Part shown: positions 48,428 through 53,286 of the stretch, piece by piece
How the letters are laid out: the number at the start of each line of letters is the position of its first letter
How positions within the stretch are numbered: position 1 is the first letter of the stretch
Origin: Tubiluchus corallicola
Taxonomy: Eukaryota; Animalia; Priapulida
Length of the DNA: 53,286 bases
Assembly (NCBI GenBank): GCA_030141605.1
Contig: JAQGDQ010002422.1
Location: forward strand, 1-53,286
Reading direction: 5' to 3'
Translations under genes and position numbers: made by a program
Notes under the pieces: model-generated
The model's database searches: none
Seen by the model: only the letters and a program-made list of their open reading frames with translations
What the model was told of the DNA's origin: nothing

Positions 48428-49891
48428 CTAATCCTCCTGAAACCAAGACGGGCCAACATCCGATCGTTTCAGAAGTTTCGCCCCTGTATTAATCTTAGAA
48501 GACCAAGGCAATCCATCAACTAATTGAAGCTCACTTGTCTTTGGAAGACCTTTCGTAAACTTGTTTTGACCATCAATCTTTTTCCCAAGAGTATCGCCAA
48601 ACATTTCATTGCCTTCCCAGATAACATTGCCCGCGTCATGATCCTCCGCGATAACAGCGCCATCCTTCACAGCCATCAAATTATTTCTAAAAACAAGATT
48701 GTTCGGCGGAACCATCAGATCCCCATCATGATCCGCAACATAACCATACCAGTTCTGCTTGGATTTCTCACTTCTAAAGGTCTTCTTTCCCCACCAGACA
48801 TTCAAACGCACCGCCGGCATAACAGGATCACTCGTTACCATAATATTATCAACGACAATCGAATTTTCTACCTGCTCATAAAACTCAATAGGACGCTTGG
48901 TCATAGGACCTTTGTCAAACGGCAGCGAACCAGGATACACTTCTATAATACCACGAGACTGAATCGAGTTGTTCGTCATATTATAAAAAACATTCCCCCG
49001 AATCGTATTATCACGACCCATCAAACGAATCGCGCGCTGATCTTGCTTCCCAGGCTTCCCGACAAACGCGTTGTTCTCTATCAATGTATCGGTAGAATGA
49101 CGCGTCGTAACCGCACCAACAGAGCCATAAAACGTGTTATTCCGAATAATAACACCCTTGCCCTTGATGCTGATTACTTCGGCTTCCCCATCCGTATCCT
49201 CAAACAAATTATCCTCGATAATTACGCCTGAAACATAACTGTGACGCTTGGAATCCGAAATACGAATCGTTTCAGCACCATTCACCCCAAGCGGAAGACG
49301 ATAACCAAAATAATTATTGTCAACACGAGTCCTCGGCGAAACAGCCGGGCGATCGTCCGGCTGATCCAAAGCTATGGTCACGCCTTTAATCACCTTCCCA
49401 AGAAAAGCGCTATGATCAATACGATTGTTCACACCATTGGAACGAACATAAAAATACGCCGTATGCGACTCAGCAAAAGCCGATTCCGTTAAGCGATTGT
49501 TCTTGCCCTCAAGCCAAACATGATACCGCACATCCGAAGCCTTCTTCCGAAGCTCATCAACCGTATATTCCGTCCCATCACCCGTAAAAAACAAACCACT
49601 TAAGGTAATATAACTACCGAAAATCTCAAAAGAAGACGTGCCCGTAAAAACAGCCTTCCCAGGATTTCTCGCCCGGATAGATATCGGATTATTCATCGTT
49701 CCCTCAGCTATAGCCACAACTGAAATATTATGATAAATACCATCCGAAATAATAAAATTATCCCCTGGATTCGCTTTCTCGATCTTCGATGCAATATCCG
49801 ACGGGCTTACTGTAATCGTCCGCGCGAAAACAGTCCCTGTTCCAACGGCAAAACAAGCCACCGCAATTAACAAAAGTCTCCATATAGCCAT
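48428..49891 (-). CDS. secreted polysaccharide lyase family 6 (alginate lyase/chondroitinase B-like beta-helix)
   Basis: Sec signal; A.PGD..I.DG.Y, NRIDH..F.GK, NGAETIRI.DS, DGEAEVISIK, NTF..S.G..T.RH. Confidence 0.88.
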   Translation of the reverse strand: MAIWRLLLIAVACFAVGTGTVFARTITVSPSDIASKIEKANPGDNFIISDGIYHNISVVAIAEGTMNNPISIRARNPGKAVFTGTSSFEIFGSYITLSGLFFTGDGTEYTVDELRKKASDVRYHVWLEGKNNRLTESAFAESHTAYFYVRSNGVNNRIDHSAFLGKVIKGVTIALDQPDDRPAVSPRTRVDNNYFGYRLPLGVNGAETIRISDSKRHSYVSGVIIEDNLFEDTDGEAEVISIKGKGVIIRNNTFYGSVGAVTTRHSTDTLIENNAFVGKPGKQDQRAIRLMGRDNTIRGNVFYNMTNNSIQSRGIIEVYPGSLPFDKGPMTKRPIEFYEQVENSIVVDNIMVTSDPVMPAVRLNVWWGKKTFRSEKSKQNWYGYVADHDGDLMVPPNNLVFRNNLMAVKDGAVIAEDHDAGNVIWEGNEMFGDTLGKKIDGQNKFTKGLPKTSELQLVDGLPWSSKINTGAKLLKRSDVGPSWFQED

Positions 49892-49909
49892 AATACGCCT
49901 CTTAAACTG

Positions 49910-50863
49910 TTAGAATTTATATCTAAAGCCAAGCTTGTAAAACCGCTTGTCATCTCTTTTTCTGCTATTATTCTCATATATATATTCTGAAGGCTCATAA
50001 TAAAACTCACCCTCTGTACTCCAAGAACCAACCAGAGGATAGGAAAATTTTATACCATAACGCGCTTTTTTCCGCTCGTAATGATCCGTATGTGTATAAA
50101 CACTGTTTTTCCAACGCTCCCGCTCATAGCTCATGTTCCCAACACTATAGCGCATATAAGGATTCAATGTAAGACCATTGTCAAACTTATATGTATAGAA
50201 AAAACGAATCTGCCAATCACTGTATGTCGTGTCCGTCTCCAACGGAAGATACTCATGATAACCCGCTATCGCAAACTGCTGCTTGTTGCTCCACTTAAAA
50301 CGTAATCCCGACTCAAGCTCGTGAAGATAGTCATCATACTTTTTCATATAAGTCCGGTTTGTGTCATAACGATACGCTTCCCGTGTCTCTATAGAAAACA
50401 TAAAACTGCCATACCACGCCCAGTCTGAATCAATTGAATAACTCCACTGTGGTAAAAACCGCCAAGACTCCCGTGTATATTCCGACCTGTAAGCCCCAGT
50501 ATCGTTAGGGTTTGTCTTTTTATACCAGTTTTCTTCATATCGCACGCCAAATCGAGGGCGGAAATACCAGCCATCCCCCCGAAACGTATACCCTAAATAA
50601 AGCTGATTTCTGTTCCTGTTACGATCCGCCTTATCATCATTATTATTGCGATAATCATAAACGTAATATTTACCCTCATACTGCAAAACCCAGTTGTCAT
50701 AATTCAAGTCAATATTCGTCATCGGAATAAAAACATCACTATTATCATCCCGCAGATCCTCATACTCCATGCGAATAGCGGCACTCCCCGTAATTTGAGC
50801 ACTGGAAAATGGAATAGCAGACAAAACAAATACGCAAATTAAAAAATATCGAAAAAAATTCAT
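49910..50863 (-). CDS. outer-membrane beta-barrel, KdgM-like oligouronate porin candidate
   Basis: Signal peptide, aromatic amphipathic strands, Arg/Lys-rich, terminal LGFRYKF; co-oriented with the lyase. Confidence 0.7.
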   Translation of the reverse strand: MNFFRYFLICVFVLSAIPFSSAQITGSAAIRMEYEDLRDDNSDVFIPMTNIDLNYDNWVLQYEGKYYVYDYRNNNDDKADRNRNRNQLYLGYTFRGDGWYFRPRFGVRYEENWYKKTNPNDTGAYRSEYTRESWRFLPQWSYSIDSDWAWYGSFMFSIETREAYRYDTNRTYMKKYDDYLHELESGLRFKWSNKQQFAIAGYHEYLPLETDTTYSDWQIRFFYTYKFDNGLTLNPYMRYSVGNMSYERERWKNSVYTHTDHYERKKARYGIKFSYPLVGSWSTEGEFYYEPSEYIYENNSRKRDDKRFYKLGFRYKF

Positions 50864-51225
50864 AAGATTAACGCCTCCCTAGCCTAGATATATATAACAT
50901 CCCAAAATAGCAATCTGTCTTTTTAAACATTATTTTGCGAAACTCGCAAACGATCAATCTATAAATATCCTATTATAAACCTACTTTAACTCTATAAGTA
51001 CAAATAATTACAGACTATTAATTCATACTATAATATAATATGCTTAACAATGTCAAACGATAAACATAAGAAGATGCCCATAAAGCCACACCATTTCACG
51101 GTTTAATTTATCAATATTTGCAACCTAACATATCAATACAACAAAAAAACTGTACTATCTCAATTAAGATTATTATAGTTGTTTCTTAAATTTTTAATTT
51201 ATTTTCAACCTACAGTGGAAGATCG

Positions 51226-51930
51226 ATGAAGCTATCAAAAATCAATTTATCAACACAAGTCTCTAAAGAAATCGGCATGAAAATTCTGGAAGGAATCTAC
51301 CTCCCAGTAGAACATATCCTCCATGAAAACGACCTCTGTGAAGAGTTTGATGTCAGCAGAACCGTCACCCGTGAGGCCTTTATGCGCCTGATGTCCAAAG
51401 GTATGCTCGCCTCCAGACCCCGCATCGGAACAACCATCCAACCCTCCGAAAACTGGAATCTCCTAGATCCGGAAATCCTGCTTTGGGTCCAATCCTGCTC
51501 AGATGACGTGAAGCGAAAATACACAAACGACTTCTGGGAATTCAGAATGGCCACAGAACCAAACGCATGCATGCTCTGCGCCCAAAACGCGACAGAAGAG
51601 GAATTCCTCCAGCTTAAAACCTATATCAACATCATGAAAAAAATTCACTCGCACGCCTCTAAGGAAAGATGGGTCAAAAATGATATGAAGTTCCATATCG
51701 CAATCTATAACTCAACCCATAATCTCTTCTATTCCTCCATCGCCAATGTCTACAAACCAATGCTCAAAACACTCTTTGACATAACCACAAACACTCAAGA
51801 ACAGAGAATATGCTACCAGGAACATCTCAACCTCTATAACGCCATTATAACACGTGACGCCCAGAAAACACACACAACATCCCTTCAGCTGCTTAAAAAA
51901 TCATACAGCAATTATCAGAAATCTTCCTGA
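51226..51930 (+). CDS. GntR/FadR-family transcriptional regulator
   Basis: wHTH E..L.EEFDVSRTVTREA..L..KG....RPRIGT, WNLLDP; FCD domain with D.KFH and EH. Confidence 0.92.
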   Translation: MKLSKINLSTQVSKEIGMKILEGIYLPVEHILHENDLCEEFDVSRTVTREAFMRLMSKGMLASRPRIGTTIQPSENWNLLDPEILLWVQSCSDDVKRKYTNDFWEFRMATEPNACMLCAQNATEEEFLQLKTYINIMKKIHSHASKERWVKNDMKFHIAIYNSTHNLFYSSIANVYKPMLKTLFDITTNTQEQRICYQEHLNLYNAIITRDAQKTHTTSLQLLKKSYSNYQKSS

Positions 51931-52153
51931 AAAATCTTCCCTCAAATTTTAGGTGAGCTACCCCGCCACATGCCCTAAGACTCCTCCCTCTTAGCTCAGA
52001 TCTTGCCTCCCATAAATATCCCCCGCGCGCAAAAAATCAGCGCTCTATTCCTGAAAAGAGAATTTCTTTCTTTAAAAATTGACGCTATAATAATAAACTA
52101 ATATAATAATATCAATAAAATCATATTAACAGGATATAGCAGGATTTTTATCA

Positions 52154-53286
52154 ATGAAAACAATCTTATCTCCCGAGAAATTAACACTTCCCAGCACACT
52201 TTTTGAAAAAGCGGCTCAAACTTTTCCACGCCTCTGGCTTAGCGCTGAGGCAGTCGTTGATTTTCAAAAAGAGCTGAAAAATGACCCTAATTATGCAAAC
52301 TGGCCGGAGTTTATCGAGAAATCCGTCACCCCATGGTTTGAAAAATCACCCCACAAGGCCCCTTTACCCTATCCAGAGGATACACTTGGCAACGCCGCGC
52401 TATGGAGACCTTATTGGCGACAAATGTATATTGATTGCCAGGAAGCTCTCTATGCCATCCGACACCTAAGTGTCGCCGGCGCTATTTTGGAAAATGACGA
52501 CTATACTAAAAAAGCAAAGGAATGGCTACTTGAAACCAGCAAATGGGACCCGCAAGGACCGACTTCACGAGACTATAACGATGAAGCCGCCTTCCGTGTC
52601 ATCAACGCCCTCTGCTGGGGATACGACTGGCTAAACAGCGCCCTAACCCCCGAGGAAAAAAAACAAATTGAAACAGCCCTAGAAGAAAGAGTCGCCCAAG
52701 TCTCAAGTCATGTCATCAACACTATCGACCTGATGAAATTTCCCTATAACAGCCACGGCGTGCGTGCGGTCAGCAGTGTCTTTATCCCTTACGGAATCCT
52801 CTTTTGGGACAGTAACGACAACGCTAAAAAGCTTCTGAAATATTCCCTTGAATTCTACGCGGAATATTATCCCCCATGGGGCGGAGATGACGGCGGATGG
52901 GCAGAAGGACCAGACTATTGGAATACCGCCATGGCCGTTGCGACAGAAGCTTTGGACTTAGTAAAAAATTACCTCCATGTCGATCTTTTTCAAAAAAAAT
53001 TCTTCCACGCCACAGGCGATTTTCCCCTCTATTGCATGCCTCCTCACGCAAGGCGCACAAGCTTTGGAGACCAATCCAGCCTCGGCGATCTTCCAGGACT
53101 GAAAATCGGCTACAATATCAGACACTTCTCCGGAATTACCAAAAATGGATATTATCAATGGTATTACGAGCAACTCGCTCAGCGCGATAAAGACGCCGAT
53201 AGTAAATTTTATAACTATGGATGGTGGGACTTCCGGTTTGATACATTGCGATACACAACAAACTATCCAGCCATCCCCGCTAAAAC
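52154..53286 (+). CDS. exo-type oligoalginate lyase, PL15-like (runs off the window end)
   Basis: Open frame from ATG 52154 to the window end, absent from the ORF track: PRLWL, LWRPYWRQMYIDCQEAL, YNDEAAFRV, YDWL, SHGVR, PWGGDDGGWAEGPDYW, FGD, YNYGWWDF. Confidence 0.85.
   Translation, partial: MKTILSPEKLTLPSTLFEKAAQTFPRLWLSAEAVVDFQKELKNDPNYANWPEFIEKSVTPWFEKSPHKAPLPYPEDTLGNAALWRPYWRQMYIDCQEALYAIRHLSVAGAILENDDYTKKAKEWLLETSKWDPQGPTSRDYNDEAAFRVINALCWGYDWLNSALTPEEKKQIETALEERVAQVSSHVINTIDLMKFPYNSHGVRAVSSVFIPYGILFWDSNDNAKKLLKYSLEFYAEYYPPWGGDDGGWAEGPDYWNTAMAVATEALDLVKNYLHVDLFQKKFFHATGDFPLYCMPPHARRTSFGDQSSLGDLPGLKIGYNIRHFSGITKNGYYQWYYEQLAQRDKDADSKFYNYGWWDFRFDTLRYTTNYPAIPAK

Noticed and set aside
52281-53190. 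Short ORF-track calls at the window end
   Set aside because: They overlap the real PL15-like frame starting at 52154, which the track omitted because it has no stop in the window

Overview
Chromosomal window from an alphaproteobacterium (Rhodospirillales-like gene content: CtrA-type regulator, kdsB-pheA-uppP, MaoC-Pta fusion) with very strong strand asymmetry (+ strand C/A-rich, probably the lagging strand). Most of it is housekeeping: acnA, ogt, pepN, folC, accD, lapA-like, pyrF, ihfB, rpsA, cmk, rpmI-rplT-pheS-pheT-aroA, ctrA, uppP, pheA, kdsB, yacG, trmFO, mnmE, RNase P RNA, ackA/pta and glgC/glgA/glgP. Accessory segments: (1) a decayed IS-like region followed by an uncharacterised soluble + 4-TM two-gene operon (4.6-6.2 kb; candidate anti-phage module); (2) a sigma54-type promoter in front of three ~60-aa paralogous microproteins whose shared Tyr-rich C-terminal motif shows mostly synonymous divergence (27.0-27.7 kb); (3) a reciprocally decayed tandem duplication of the mnmE 3' end and rnpB 3' half; (4) an AT-rich, unskewed island with IS5/IS1595 remnants carrying a Dam-family methylase and a PD-(D/E)XK nuclease; (5) three orphan type IVb-like prepilins behind a degenerate EAL protein; (6) an alginate-type utilisation locus (PL6 lyase, porin, GntR, and a truncated PL15-like lyase missing from the ORF track). 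No tRNA, rRNA or CRISPR array was seen. All family assignments come from motif recognition by eye; no searches were run.
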